Both the position numbers and the translations under genes were made by a program. The notes under the pieces were generated by a model, which was not told where the DNA came from, made no database searches, and saw only the letters and a program-made list of their open reading frames with translations. Below are positions 23,811 to 36,019 of a DNA stretch of 64,000 bases, one piece after another (the stretch's first letter is position 1; the number at the start of each line of letters is the position of its first letter). Source of the DNA: Heterostelium pallidum. Taxonomy: Eukaryota. The DNA lies in contig NW_008805078.1 of NCBI RefSeq assembly GCF_000004825.1, positions 336,069 through 400,068 of the forward strand. Direction: 5' to 3'.

Positions 23811-25324
23811 ATGGTTGTCGTTCAAAAATCATTAAAAATGGATATACTACAAGTACCACATTTAATATTAAAGTATATCATTTCACATTTGGATACAGTA
23901 GATAAAATATGTTTTGTAATATCCTCTAAAAGATGGTATGAGGAAAGATCTAGTTATCTTACCCTACCAATAGACGATATGATGCGTAATCCATCAGACT
24001 TCAATCGTTGCTATATATTTATGAAATCTTTTCTTGAACAAATGCATATTACAGAGAGAAAGAAAATAATAGATCCATATTATGACATAGATCAATGTAT
24101 TTATCAATTTATTTATTTATTTATTTATTTTTATATATAAAAATAGGAGTAACCTTCCTTTCATTAACACATTTTTTATTTTTTAATTTTTAATTTTTAA
24201 TTTTTATATTTAATTTTAATTTTAAATTTAATAGTATCACAATTAATAAAGGGAATATCAAATACTGTAACACATTTAAGATTCGGCCCTAATTTCAACG
24301 ATATAATACCACCTAATTTGATACCGAATCACATAACACATCTCCATTTTGGCTACGATTTCAATCAAGAGCTGAAATTGAATCTAATTCCAAGTTCCTG
24401 TGTGTTTTTGCAGTTTGGCCACGAGTTTAACAGTAAGATTCAAATTGGTGCCATTCCAGAGTCGGTAACCAAACTCATATTCGGCTATGACTTTAATCAA
24501 AAGCTGCAACCAGGAATGATACCGATCGGTGTTAAATATCTAAAGTTTGGTGATCACTTTGTTCAGGGTTTGGAGCTTGGTACTCTTCCACAAACCATCA
24601 CACACTTGGAATTTGGTTATTTTTACAATGGTTTCATCAAGAAGAATATATTACCTTCAGGTTTAACTCATTTAACATTCGGTGGATATTATAATCAATC
24701 ATTACCAAAAGGTAGGGAAAAGTGACTCTGGGAGATGTTATAACGCCTTTCAAAAAAACAAAGTTATCTAACAATATTAAATTATACATAGGTGTTTTAC
24801 CAAATGGTTTAGTTTATTTAAAGTTTGGATATAGATTTAATCACCGTTTGGATTCATTACCGGACACACTTAAAGTTTTGATTTTTGGAAAGTATTATAA
24901 TTATAGTTTGCGAGATTTGATACCAAGTTCCACTCATACTTTGGAGCTGGGTGCCTATTTCAATTCATTTACCACGAAATCACTGCTTTCCACCATAAAA
25001 TATTTAAGATTCACAGAGGACAACGAGATGGGATACACTAAGGTGGTACCTAAAGGTTTCTTGTTGTCATCGATCGACACACTTTGTGTACCAACTCAGT
25101 TTTTCCAACACAACAGCCTAGAGACAATATCATCACACATTAAAAATATTATTATTGAGAAGGATGGCGAGGCACTGCACATCCGTTTGCTATCAAAAGA
25201 TTACGCATTGGCACTGACGAAAAATGTAATTGGTGGATTCATTTCCACCAAGCAATTGAATCAATTGGTTAATGCAGATATCATGACAATCGTTAAAAAG
25301 ATAAATGCTAAACTATTCAAGTAG
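23811..25324 (+). CDS. FNIP-repeat-containing protein (Dictyostelium-expanded family)
   Basis: Exons are 23811-24096, 24235-24711 and 24792-25324. There are more than 12 FNIP units (IPxSxTHLxFGxxFNQ). The apparent frameshift between track ORFs 24318-24725 and 24722-25324 is resolved by an 80-nt intron, 24712-24791, with a GTAGGG donor. Confidence 0.7.
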
Positions 25325-25473
25325 TTTAAATACAATCTAATCAAAGATTTTTAAATTTTGATTTTTTTTAAATATTATAAATTACTGTTAATTTATTTAT
25401 TTAGTTATGTTTTAATATTAATATATTGTATATACAGTTATAGTTTAAATTAAAAAAGGATTGAATATAAAGT

Positions 25474-25901
25474 TTAAAAGAACTCTTCTTTGACCACCAA
25501 ACCATTGTTATTCCATTGTTGGATTGCCCATTGAGTCTTGGTGGCTTTATGACCTCCATATGTGAAATCCATATACATTTCATAGGCTGTGTTATTTCCA
25601 TCAACCAATAATTTAAGAACTATTTTTATTATAATTATTAATATTGATTGTTTTGTTAAGTTAAATTCATTAATTAAAATGAAAATTTATAATACATACG
25701 TTTTACTTCATGAATGGTTGCATTATTGACAAAACCTTCTTCAGCTTTTCTGTTTTGATCTTTTCCAACTCTGTTTGTGTTGTCACCTTTCTCGTACATC
25801 ACAACATCATCAGCATAATATTTCTCAAAGACATCCAAAATCTTGTTGGATTCGATACCTTTGATGATTGCTTCAATATTTGATCTAATATTTATGGACA
25901 T
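25474..25901 (-). CDS. NTF2/SnoaL-like small protein, copy 1 (115 aa)
   Basis: Exon 1 is 25700-25901 and exon 2 is 25474-25619, with a GTATGT..TAG intron of 80 nt. The protein reads MSINIRSNIEAIIKG...ATIHEVK|LLKLLVDGNNTAYEMYMDFTYGGHKATKTQWAIQQWNNNGLVVKEEFF*. Confidence 0.55.
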
Positions 25902-26342
25902 TTTTAATTGGATAATTAGTTTTTAAATAAAATATTTGAAAAAAAGGATATTTATATTATATATTTATTTATTAATTTTTAATTTAATTGTTTGTTTTGG
26001 TAATGATATGATTATTGCACTAAAGATTACTATTTATAATTTTTTGTAAAAAAAATATTAAAATAAAAGAGATTAAAGAATTCTGTTATTCTATTTCCTT
26101 CTGTATAAAATTTGTAAAAATTGGGGGTGATGATATTCAAAATCATTTTACTTCCTGAACATACAAGTTAAGTTTTTGTTTTCTAAAATATTTTATTCTA
26201 AAACCGATATGTACAACTATATATTATTAATAGGTTAATAATTACTTTATTTAATTTAATAAAATAAAAATCTAAAAGTTTTTTTTTTTTTTTTTTTTGA
26301 TTTTTTTTTTTTTTTTTTTTTTGTAAAATTTTAACTGATCAG

Positions 26343-27934
26343 ATGCAATGCATTCGTCTAACTACCAATCAATCAGATTTAATAATGATGTTGTCGTCAA
26401 AGATCTCAAGCCTGAATAAAACAACAGTAACTTCGGTTACCAATGTTCTTTATAGATCACTTTCGACTTCATCAGAGTCGGCAGCCAACCTTACCAATAG
26501 TTTTAATAATAGAGACAAAAAGATTTTGATTCATGGTAGTGATGTAGCTGGTGTTTCATTAGGTAATTAGTTAACAACAATAACAACAACAATAGTAACA
26601 ATAACATCTAATCGTCGTGATTTTAACTTTTAAATAATAAAATCATATCATTGATATTTATATATATATAACTATTTATATTATTAGCATTGTTTCTAAA
26701 GAAGAAAGGTATTTCAAGTGAATTGGTGGATACAGGATCAAGATTAGATAGAGGTATTTTGATAAGTGCAAATGCATCGAAAGCACTGAAACAAAACGGT
26801 GTATTCGAATCGATATATCGCAAGGGTAAAGACGTTACCTCTTCCATTGTCACCTCGAAAGACGGAGAGATCTATGGAAGTTGCAACTTTGAAAAGTACG
26901 ACCCAATATTGCCTTTTGCACTGACAGAAGCGACATTTGTAGAGACTTTACTTCAAGAGTGTCTTTCCACACCACAATCCGGTGAGGGAAGCGTAAAGTT
27001 GAGAAAAGGTGATCAAAGACTTACATTATCATTACCAAAACAACAACAACAACAACAAGGTCAACAACAAAAGATATATGTAGGATACTCAGAGACAAGT
27101 AAAGCAGCTTACGACTTGGTGGTTGGCAGTGAGGGATACGGACAAACCTCTGATCTACTCTCAACGTCACCTGTTAGAAACTACCTGTTGAAAGACGCTT
27201 CCGTACCGCAGACCACACAGTACGCAGAGCAACTCTATCACTTCAAAACGGTTATCAATAAGCCAAGTTTGTTCCCAGCGATCGTACACCAACAGTTTGC
27301 AACAGAGAAGCGTTTGCTTACATTCCCACTGCCAAACGACCGTCTTGCCATTAGCGGTTCGTTCAAGCGACCGCTCAACCAAATCGGCGAGCCAGAGAAT
27401 GCACGTAACAAGATATTCAACACATTCACCGATTTCGAGGATATCGGTGCACACACCGTTATCTCATTCCTAGAGTCTGCGCCGGAGAACTTGAAACTCG
27501 AGAAATCCGATCAACATCGTTTGCAATCCTATATCTCATCGACAGGTAATATCGTTGCAATTAGCGATGCCGCCGATAAGTTAGCAAGTGGTTCATTCGA
27601 AGTAAGTAAAGTTAATCCTTTAGTTATTTATATCTAACTATTAATTTACGCTTTATGTTTGTTATCATGTTTACTATAGAGTAATTTTATTGGAATTGAA
27701 GATGCATATAGATTATCAGAGATGTTGAGTCAATCACCGGAGTCAATCAGTCAGATTTTAGAATCATTCAATAGAGATCGTCAACAGAGAATGAAATTGA
27801 TTCTAGCTGCAATCGATCAACAAGAAAAAGTTGTATATAAAGGTGGCTGGCAAGTAAGAACTCTTGGAAAATATTATCTCAAATTCTACTACTCTCAAAG
27901 ACAACAAGCAAAGAGATTGAGAGAACTGAGAAAA

Positions 27935-27937
<3 letters not shown>
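26343..27937 (+). CDS. FAD-dependent monooxygenase family protein with a mitochondrial-type presequence
   Basis: Exons are 26343-26562, 26688-27601 and 27680-27937. The Rossmann GxGxxG region is KKILIHGSDVAGVSLALFLKKKGI. Degenerate DAAD and G(I)EDAYRLSEML motifs match the GDAAH and GQGxNxAxEDA consensus of group-A flavin monooxygenases. The specific family, whether COQ6-like or salicylate-hydroxylase-like, is not resolved. Confidence 0.55.
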
Positions 27938-27965
<28 letters not shown>

Positions 27966-28551
27966 TATATATAAATTTTTTTTTTAAAGAGAAATTGTAA
28001 AGTGGTACTTTTTTTTTAATTTAAACTAATTTCTTCTCTATCAATTACATTGCAATTGTCAACAACTATTAACTAATCGTTGTTAGCATTTACTGTTAAC
28101 TGTACTTCTTGAGGATATTAATCTTTTTTTCAAAATTAGTCGTTCACTAATCAATGGAATGATTTTAAAAAAGAGACATTAGCTCTTTTAATTAATATAA
28201 TTCAATTAAATATAAATAAATACTGATTCTTTCTCTGGTAGATTTAATTAGATTGATCAAAAAGAAATTTCAAAAGTTTATAAACTTTTTTTAAATAATT
28301 CTGTGTATTGTGTTAAAAACAAATATGAATGTGTGTGTTTAATGCCTTCTAGAATTTATTAATATGGTATTCTACAATAATTTATTATCTTTTTATTTAT
28401 ATGATGATATATATTTAATAAAAGTATCTCGAGAAATAACTATCTATATAAATAATCAATAATGATTGATCAAAAAAAAAAAAAAGAGATATTATTTTTG
28501 TTGTACTTTTAGATTGTATTTTTATAGAGATAAAGATTCTGTTAATTAAAA

Positions 28552-28929
28552 ATGGATTATGTAAAATTTAGAAATGTATCTTTTTTAATATATATTTTAT
28601 TTGTAATTTTAATGTACAGTATAGAGTGTGCCAATGGCTATGGAGAGATTATTAAAGAAGAGAAAGTTATCGATCAACCCTGTAAAGATAATTGTGTTGA
28701 AATTTATTTTCTTTGCCGTTGGTCCTTCAGACCGAATTGTTTCATCGACCTATCGATATGCTATCAGACATGCGAATACTTTAAATACATCGAAATACTT
28801 CCTGATGAAAAGAGTGATGAATCTCAACTTTTTAGTAATGACCAAATTTATTCAAACATTCGACAACAAGAAGAACAAGAAAATATTAATAATAATAATA
28901 ATGAAATAATTACTCTCGACCTCAAATAA
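28552..28929 (+). CDS. Small secreted Cys-rich protein (125 aa)
   Basis: Signal peptide FLIYILFVILMYSIECANG. Ten Cys residues. An acidic poly-N tail. Confidence 0.35.
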   Translation: MDYVKFRNVSFLIYILFVILMYSIECANGYGEIIKEEKVIDQPCKDNCVEIYFLCRWSFRPNCFIDLSICYQTCEYFKYIEILPDEKSDESQLFSNDQIYSNIRQQEEQENINNNNNEIITLDLK

Positions 28930-29256
28930 TAAAATAAAATTAAAACCTCAATTATTTCTTAAAAGTTTACTTTTTAACAGATCTTTTGAAGTTCACAATC
29001 TTACACAAAAAAAACAACTCTTAGTTCCGAAATAGTTGAGAAAAATTGGTGGGAATTTGATTCCAATAAATGGAATTTTTAATTTTTGTTTGCACTCAAC
29101 ACCTCCCTCAATAACTTTTAAATTTCACACAAAACCAAAAGTTAATATTATTTTTTATTATTATTATTATTGTATATTAAAATTATTTGTATATATATAT
29201 TTATTTATTTTTAATTAATTGTTATTATTATTTTTAAAAGTATTAGTAGTAGAAAA

Positions 29257-30936
29257 ATGGATAATAATAATAATAATAATAGAGTAATTGATAAACCAAA
29301 GATTGTTGAAGAGGTTGCAATCATGTTTCCTTTGTTCACCAAAGATCACTTTTTATATGCAACACTCGACCGTTATAATTGGGATGTAAATGCAGCTTTA
29401 GACACTTTACAGAAGCGACACGATGCACTTGAAAAGGAACAGAAACATATAGAAGCGGTTTTGGAAGCAAAGAAACAACAAAACGAGAAAAAAGACAAGG
29501 CATTCAAAGAAGTCAAGGATATCTTTGGTGAGTCGTTCACCGATGCCAAGTACTATAGTGCTCTCGCCAAGTACAAGATGGTTGTCGAAGACACTGTCAA
29601 TTATTTAATGCACGAGTTGTCGATTGTCGAAGAGGTCAAGCGCAGAAAAGACGTCGAGACCAGAAAGAGAGAGGAACGCGAGAAAGAAAAGGCAAAGCAA
29701 ATCGAAGTGGAAAGACTTAGAATCGAAGAGGAGAAGAACAGAGCTGAGATCAAGCGTCAAGAAGATGAGATCCAAGCACGAATTTTGCAATTGGAGAAAT
29801 TGAAACTCGCCGAGCAAGAGCGTGCTAGAAAGGAAGAAGAGAGACGTTTGGCCGAAGAAGAAGCAAAGAGAGTAGCTGAAGAGCGTGCCAGAAAGGAAGC
29901 TGAGGAAAGACGTTTGGCTGAGGAGCGTGCCAGAAAGGAAGCTGAAGAAAGACGTTTGGCTGAGGAGCGTGAGAGATTGAGAATCGAGCGTATCAAGAGA
30001 GAGGAAGAAGAAGAAGAGAGACGTTTGGCTGAAGAGCGTGAGAGATTGAGAAAGATGGTCGAGGAGCAAGAGAAACGTATTCAAGAGATGCTCGCCCAGA
30101 AGAAGTTGGACGAAGAGAAGCACAAGCAATACCAAGACCGTATCAATTCGATTCTCTTGGAACTCAAGAATCAACCAACCGAGTACAAAAAGGAGATTGC
30201 CAGCTCCGAGATTTTCCAGGATCTTCTCAAAGACTTCCAATCGGTTTTAAAGTTGAGTGAAGAAGAAAAGATGTCACAAGTCAAGCCACCTCTTGTGCCA
30301 ATTCCAAGCACACTCCCAGTATCTTATAAGCCAGAGTTGGTTGCGCCATTTGGATTCACTGCAACAAATGCAGCACCATCGCAAGTCAATGAGCAAGACA
30401 TTCACAAACCATCTTCACCATTCCAAAACCTCACAAAACACCCGTTCTATTACAACCCATTCAGTGATCCAATTTCACAACAGCTAAATGGCGAAGAACC
30501 ATTCGTTCCAACAACACCACCCTCATCACCACCACCCTCATACCCATTCACTGCCAACTTCCCAGTTGTATACCCATTGTCTGGACAAAACTCACCACCA
30601 TTCGCCAGATACAATCAGCCTCAACAAGGTCAAGACTGTTCAAATACTGGAAAGCCAACTTTCGAAAACTTGGCCTCTTTTGTTGCCTCATCTCAATGTC
30701 AACCACTTGTTGTTTCACAAGTGATGCCAACTGAAGCTGATATGATTGCACAACCAAAACTATCATCTCAACCAACCATTTCCCCAGCCAGAGCCAAGAA
30801 GAACGAAGCCTTGGAGAACCTCCGTTCAATGTTCTCAGCAACCTCGCCAGAGATCGTTGGATACGTATGGGAAGCAAGCAATTACGATATTTCAGTTGCC
30901 ATTCAAAATCTTCTTGACATCAACTCTCAAAAATAA
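29257..30936 (+). CDS. CUE-domain protein with a central charged Glu/Arg/Lys-rich tandem-repeat coiled coil and a Pro-rich region
   Basis: Single exon, 559 aa. The N-terminal CUE-like segment is VEEVAIMFPLFTKDHFLYATLDRYNWDVNAALDTL. The nucleotide-level tandem repeat (RLAEERARKEAEER)n runs ~29800-30060. A second CUE-like segment lies at the C-terminus (LENLRSMFSATSPEIVGYVWEASNYDISVAIQNLL). Confidence 0.55.
   Translation: MDNNNNNNRVIDKPKIVEEVAIMFPLFTKDHFLYATLDRYNWDVNAALDTLQKRHDALEKEQKHIEAVLEAKKQQNEKKDKAFKEVKDIFGESFTDAKYYSALAKYKMVVEDTVNYLMHELSIVEEVKRRKDVETRKREEREKEKAKQIEVERLRIEEEKNRAEIKRQEDEIQARILQLEKLKLAEQERARKEEERRLAEEEAKRVAEERARKEAEERRLAEERARKEAEERRLAEERERLRIERIKREEEEEERRLAEERERLRKMVEEQEKRIQEMLAQKKLDEEKHKQYQDRINSILLELKNQPTEYKKEIASSEIFQDLLKDFQSVLKLSEEEKMSQVKPPLVPIPSTLPVSYKPELVAPFGFTATNAAPSQVNEQDIHKPSSPFQNLTKHPFYYNPFSDPISQQLNGEEPFVPTTPPSSPPPSYPFTANFPVVYPLSGQNSPPFARYNQPQQGQDCSNTGKPTFENLASFVASSQCQPLVVSQVMPTEADMIAQPKLSSQPTISPARAKKNEALENLRSMFSATSPEIVGYVWEASNYDISVAIQNLLDINSQK
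29800..30060 (+). repeat. In-frame coding tandem repeat (~57-nt units) inside the CUE gene
   Basis: gaagagcgtgccagaaaggaagctgaggaaagacgtttggctgag recurs with minor variation. It encodes EER/ARKEAEERRLA repeats. Confidence 0.6.
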
Positions 30937-31263
30937 CTCAGAGGTTAATCAAAAAGGTGACTTAGGAGAATAATCCTTTTTTTGTTTTTTTTTTGCAACA
31001 ACACAATAAACAATTTATTTTTTTTAAATTAAATTTTTGTGAAAATGATTAGATAATTGATCTTGAAAAAGTTTTAGTGGAAATGGGTGACTCAAAACCA
31101 CTTTTGGCGTTTTTCTCCGTTTTATCACAAAAAAAAATTGGAAAATGGGGGTTAATATTAATTTTTATATATAGCCTCACAATTAATTTTTAATAATCAT
31201 CAGTCATTTCACTTTTACTTTTACAACCATCATTTTATTAATTCAATAGTTATTCATATTATT

Positions 31264-32520
31264 ATGAATCTTATTAAAATACCTCCACAATGTTATATCC
31301 ATATTTTAGATACTAATTTAAATACAACAAGACTTCAAATTGGACCAATAACCTATTTATGCAAAGAGCATGAAAAAACCATTCAGGCTGGTCCAGTGAA
31401 GATGCACATCATTCCAAAACAACACTATTGTATTATTGAAAACCCTGTAATTTTAAAATCAAATCAAACAGATCCAGAGTTGGACAAACATGGACAAGCA
31501 AAGTTAAAATTTGGCCAAAGAGAAATCAGATTGGAACAAGTTGACCCATTCCCTTTGTATCCAGGAGAGAAGATGGTCGGTGACAAAGTCCTCCCTATGA
31601 AGGTTGTGATGGACAACGAGGCAATCAAGCTAAGAGCTCTCTGTGACTGTGTATCCAATGGAAAACCACACAAAGCCGGTGACGAGTGGCTATTCAAGGG
31701 ACCGGGAACCTACCAGCCAAATGTCGATGAGGAAATAATAGAAACCGTCAAAGCAATCATTTTAAAGGCGCATCAGGCATTAAAGCTGCGCGCCAAAATC
31801 GATTTTACTGACAGAGACAATAAGAAGCGTAAAAGTGGTGAAGAATGGCTTGTGACTGCTGAGGGTGCATTCATTGTCGATCCATATGAAGAAGTGGTTG
31901 AGAGAATGGAGGCAACCGTTCTCGACGAAAAGACTGCTGTTCAAGTTCAAGCAATGAAGACATTCGACGACAATGGAGTCGAACGTAAGAAAGGAGAGCG
32001 TTGGTTACTAACCAACGAACAAACACCACTATATATCCCACCACCAGAAGTCAAGATTGAATCGGTGGTGAACATTACCGTTTTAGCATCGAACGAATTC
32101 GTTGTGATTAGTGACTTCCAGGATGAGGATGGTGTCAATCAAATGGGAAAGAAAAAGCAAATCGTTGGACCATGCAACTTTTTCTTAAAGCCAGGTGAAA
32201 AAATCGTGACATTGGAAGCAGCCAAGGTTTTAATGCCAGAGGATGCTATCTATGTTACCGCTTTAGAGGAATTCGAGGATACATTCATGGAAGGTAATCT
32301 AATGAAGACAGTCACAAGAAAGGCAGGAACTCGTTGGTACGTCTATGGACCCCAGAGTTACATCAGACCCTTCTCAGTTAAGGAAATCAGACAAGATAAA
32401 GCAATCATCAGTTTGGATGAGTGGAATATTCATATCTTTTCACCAATATACTTCTTCCTAGCTTTCTTCTTGGGTTGTTATATATTTTTCAAACTATTGG
32501 TCTATATGTTTTTCGGATAG
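31264..32520 (+). CDS. Major vault protein (MVP) paralogue: N-terminal repeat domains only, ending in a non-homologous hydrophobic tail
   Basis: Residues 1-~390 align with the MVP N-terminal repeat region (IPPQCYIHILDTNLN, HYCIIENP, FPLYPGE, AGDEWLFKGPGTYQPNVDEEIIETVKAIILKAHQALKLRAKIDF, GEEWLV recurring). After ...AIISLDEWN the frame continues into IHIFSPIYFFLAFFLGCYIFFKLLVYMFFG* and then an AT-rich spacer. No downstream exons are present before the next gene at 32881. Confidence 0.7.
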   Translation: MNLIKIPPQCYIHILDTNLNTTRLQIGPITYLCKEHEKTIQAGPVKMHIIPKQHYCIIENPVILKSNQTDPELDKHGQAKLKFGQREIRLEQVDPFPLYPGEKMVGDKVLPMKVVMDNEAIKLRALCDCVSNGKPHKAGDEWLFKGPGTYQPNVDEEIIETVKAIILKAHQALKLRAKIDFTDRDNKKRKSGEEWLVTAEGAFIVDPYEEVVERMEATVLDEKTAVQVQAMKTFDDNGVERKKGERWLLTNEQTPLYIPPPEVKIESVVNITVLASNEFVVISDFQDEDGVNQMGKKKQIVGPCNFFLKPGEKIVTLEAAKVLMPEDAIYVTALEEFEDTFMEGNLMKTVTRKAGTRWYVYGPQSYIRPFSVKEIRQDKAIISLDEWNIHIFSPIYFFLAFFLGCYIFFKLLVYMFFG

Positions 32521-32880
32521 AAAAAACAATAGAAATCATTAATTAAATCAATCTGTTTGGACTCAAAGAATAAATTTTTAATAAACTCGTTATATATATA
32601 TATATATATATTATTTTTTTTTTAACCACATTGTATTTTTACTTTTCTTTTTTTTATTTCTTTTAAAGTTGCAACATCGTTGTAGTGTTATTTGATTGTG
32701 TGAATGAGTGGTCTGTTTGTATCGATGTCGAGCTATAACACTGATTGGTTTTTGCTTTTTTCTTTTTTTTTTTTTTTGGTTTCTTTTGAATTTACTTGTT
32801 ATTTTTTTTGTTTGTTTTTAGTTTATGTATCTGTAAAAAGTTATTATTATTATATGCTGTTGATGTTGAGGTTGTGGTTA

Positions 32881-35676
32881 TTACCATCCATATAAATTTG
32901 AGGATTGATTAGAGCTGGAATCATCATCTTGTGAATTAGTTGAGGTAGAATCGTTCGATTCAGAGTCGGAACCAGATTCTGCAGAAGAACAATAGAAATC
33001 GGATGAGCTTTGGATATCTGATCCAGAGTCGTTGGAGTGAATCGAATCTTCAGAGTACTCTTCTGAGGATGAGGATGTGATATTTACAAATTCAGTGTGG
33101 TTATTACTGTTGGAGTTGTTGGTTGGTGATGAGTATATAGTAATTGGTGAGTTGGCTTGACCAATTGGTGGTTGTTGATGAAGGTTGTTGTCAGCGGCAC
33201 TGAGTATTGGAGATTGCGATGTGACCTGTGGAAGTTTGCCCATTTCCTCCAATTGCTTCGCTACTTTAATGACATTGTTACGGTCCTTGGCCTGTTGTTC
33301 GACGAGACGCTCCTCGATAAGACGCGACAGAATAGTGGGGAACTTCAAGGCAGAGTATTTATCCTTTAGGAGTTCGTCGGATGTCATTTTGAGCATGGCA
33401 TTGAAGAATACACCACGGATAAACGAGATGTTGAAACTGTTCTTACCGACATCGTTGTTGGCATCGTGAGGATCTCTGATTGTCAAATAGATACCGTATT
33501 GCTCGCCTTTCTTAAAGTAGAAGCCACCATTGTTCAAACAGATACCGTGACGGGTATACTGAAAGAGTTGACCATAGAGCTTGAAAAAGTCGAGGATCAT
33601 CTTTCCATAGTCGGTATCGTTGCCTGCGTGACGATGGTTTTCACTGTCGTGTTGGTAGTTTGATCTCTTGTGGTGCACTCTTTGGTCCATCGAAGCATAT
33701 CTTAACTGTATATAACTGACAACCATCAAAGCCAAAGCATACGAACCAATACCGCCACTGTATGTCTCATTCATATTATTTTGGAACATAAAATACTTTA
33801 GAATCAACAGCAATATCTTCATTGATTTATATTTCTAGAGAAAATATAAAATAGAATTAAAAGATGTTAATAAATATTCAGCTGAATGATACAACATCCA
33901 GAATAGGTGGTGTGATGTTCAAATTATAATAAATTATTTACCCTTAAAAACTGTTTAACGATCTCTGTATTTTCGATACCATTTGGAGTATCAAAACAAA
34001 TGTCGACATTATACCAAGTACTCTTGTGCGCCATTTTGATGATTGGTACTTTGGCAGCAGCTATTAAACGGATGTTGGTAAACTCTCTTTGATGATGCTT
34101 ACTAAGTGTATTATATAAATCATTAATTGGGTTGGAGTAGGTTCTTCCATTGCCTGATGCAACCTCGGTAATACCAGAGATTTGAATATCAATATCACTC
34201 GAAGGTATACATAAATCTGTAGAAAACGAACCAAAAACAATAACCTATAGAAATATATATGATAAACAATTAACAATTAATATGAATTGATTGAAGTTGT
34301 TGAAAGTTATTACTAGTTACCTTTGCTTTTGGCCAATTCTGTTTTACGATAGCTTCGATGTCATTGACAATTTTTTGTCTCATACGGTTTTCATATTGAG
34401 TTGGAACCAGCCATTGGTAAAAGAGTTCGATCTCCTTCTCCAGGTCGAGATTTGGAAGGTCGTCGCTTGTGCAATAGCCCTGTAGCCACAACGGTGGTGT
34501 CAGAGTGGACAGTTGTTTATAAAGGTCGTTGGTTTTGTAGTATTTGTTATGTTTGTTGAGAATCATATTTGATAGTCTATGATTGTTGACATTGTTATTA
34601 AATGATGGTAGATGATGTTGGTTTTCATGATGATTATTATTATAACTATTTGATTTGTGATGGCTATGATTTAAATGGTTGAGTTGGTTTTGTTCGGATT
34701 CTTGTTTTTGTTGATTGTTGTTAGATGGTAATGGTTGTTGATTTTGTACATTATTACTATATAAAGGTATAAATTCATTATCTTGATTTGCGAATGACAA
34801 AGGATCGTTGTTACTATTTGTTTTGGAGGAGGTGGTGGTGGTGTTGGTGGTGTTGTTGCTAGTATTTGGTGATGCTGTTGTTGTTGTTGTTGTTTGGTGT
34901 ATCAGATTGACTGATTGTGGTTCATAAATACTATTTGTAGATGATTGTGTTGTTTGTTTGTTTGTGCTTGGTGGTTGTTGAACATCATCGACAATGATGA
35001 TGGATTTCATATCGGACGATGTTTGTTGTTGTTGTTGTTGATTCTCAACGATTTGTTGGTCAGAAAATCCTTTTTGCTTCTTCTTCATCGGCAAAGAGGT
35101 TGGTGAAGTTTTACCGTTGGCTGGGTCCTCAACAGTGTTGCTGCTGCTGCTGCTGTTGGGTGCACCACCAGTGGTAGTATTGGTATCTATTGAATTTAGA
35201 CTTGAATTCAAATGAAGATCTTCTAGCTTCTTCTCGGTTGGTTTCTGCTGGTCGATATTGTTATTACCGACGGAAGCTACAGCAATCGATTCATTATTAA
35301 TATTAATATTATTATTATTATTATTGTTGTTGTTACGGGTACTAGATGATTGTGTTGTTGTTGTAGTTTGTGAAGCGGTCGATGGTGATTGTGATGAAGT
35401 TTGTTGTTGGTTATTGTTATTATTATTTATTTTTTTTTTTTCTTCGTATAGCTGGTTTTGGTTGTTTTTTAGTTGACTTGTATTTCCTTGTTGAGGTGGT
35501 TGGTGATGGTGTTTCAGTCATGTGAGATTTTGATATACTGTTTGACTTTGATTTGTTGTTATTGTTGTCGTTACTGCTGCTATTGTGTGAATGGTGCTCT
35601 GGAGAACTGTTTCCACTGCTGCTACCACCACTACTACTGCTGCTGCTGCTGCCACTATTAGTATTACTACTACTAG

Positions 35677-35734
<58 letters not shown>

Positions 35735-36019
35735 GATTAGATCACCACCAAATAGAGGCTTGTCGGTTGTCTCATAAATCACGGAATGGCTTGGAGGTGA
35801 TGACGATGGAGAACTTCCAGATGACCTTGGTGATTTCTTTCTCTTGAGCATCCTATTGGGTCTGTTGTTATTGTTATTATTGTTATTATTGTTAGTATTT
35901 GAATTACTATGATGCTGCTGTTGCTGCTGTTGTTGTTGTTGTTGTTTTTGTTGAATATTTTTCGATTGTATCTGATTGTAGTGGTCGGCAATCATTGCCA
36001 TATAGGAATTTTCAACAAG
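32881..36019 (-). CDS. Cid1/Trf4/GLD2-family non-canonical poly(A) polymerase or terminal uridylyltransferase, with a long low-complexity N-terminus
   Basis: Exon 3 is 32881-33834 and holds the PAP/25A-associated region (SYALALMVVSYIQL). Exon 2 is 33951-34244 and holds the nucleotidyltransferase core (VIVFGSFSTDLCIPSSDIDIQISGI). Exon 1 is 34321-35211 and is poly-N/Q/S/T. Its frame stays open upstream to 35517 with no ATG. A +1 overlap with ORF 35423-36178 across an A12 run at 35430-35441 suggests a single gene starting near ATG 36019/36001. Confidence 0.65.

Noticed and set aside
24712-24725. Apparent frameshift in the FNIP-repeat gene between track ORFs 24318-24725 and 24722-25324
   Set aside because: It is resolved by an ordinary 80-nt GT..AG intron at 24712-24791. 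The spliced protein continues the FNIP repeat periodicity exactly: ...SLPKG|VLPNGLVYLKFGYRFN.
35258-35777. Plus-strand poly-Leu/poly-Cys track ORFs (for example 35553-35777, LLLLLLLL...)
   Set aside because: They are the reverse complement of (CAA)n/(AAT)n poly-Q/N coding repeats of the minus-strand ncPAP gene. They are classic antisense artefacts.
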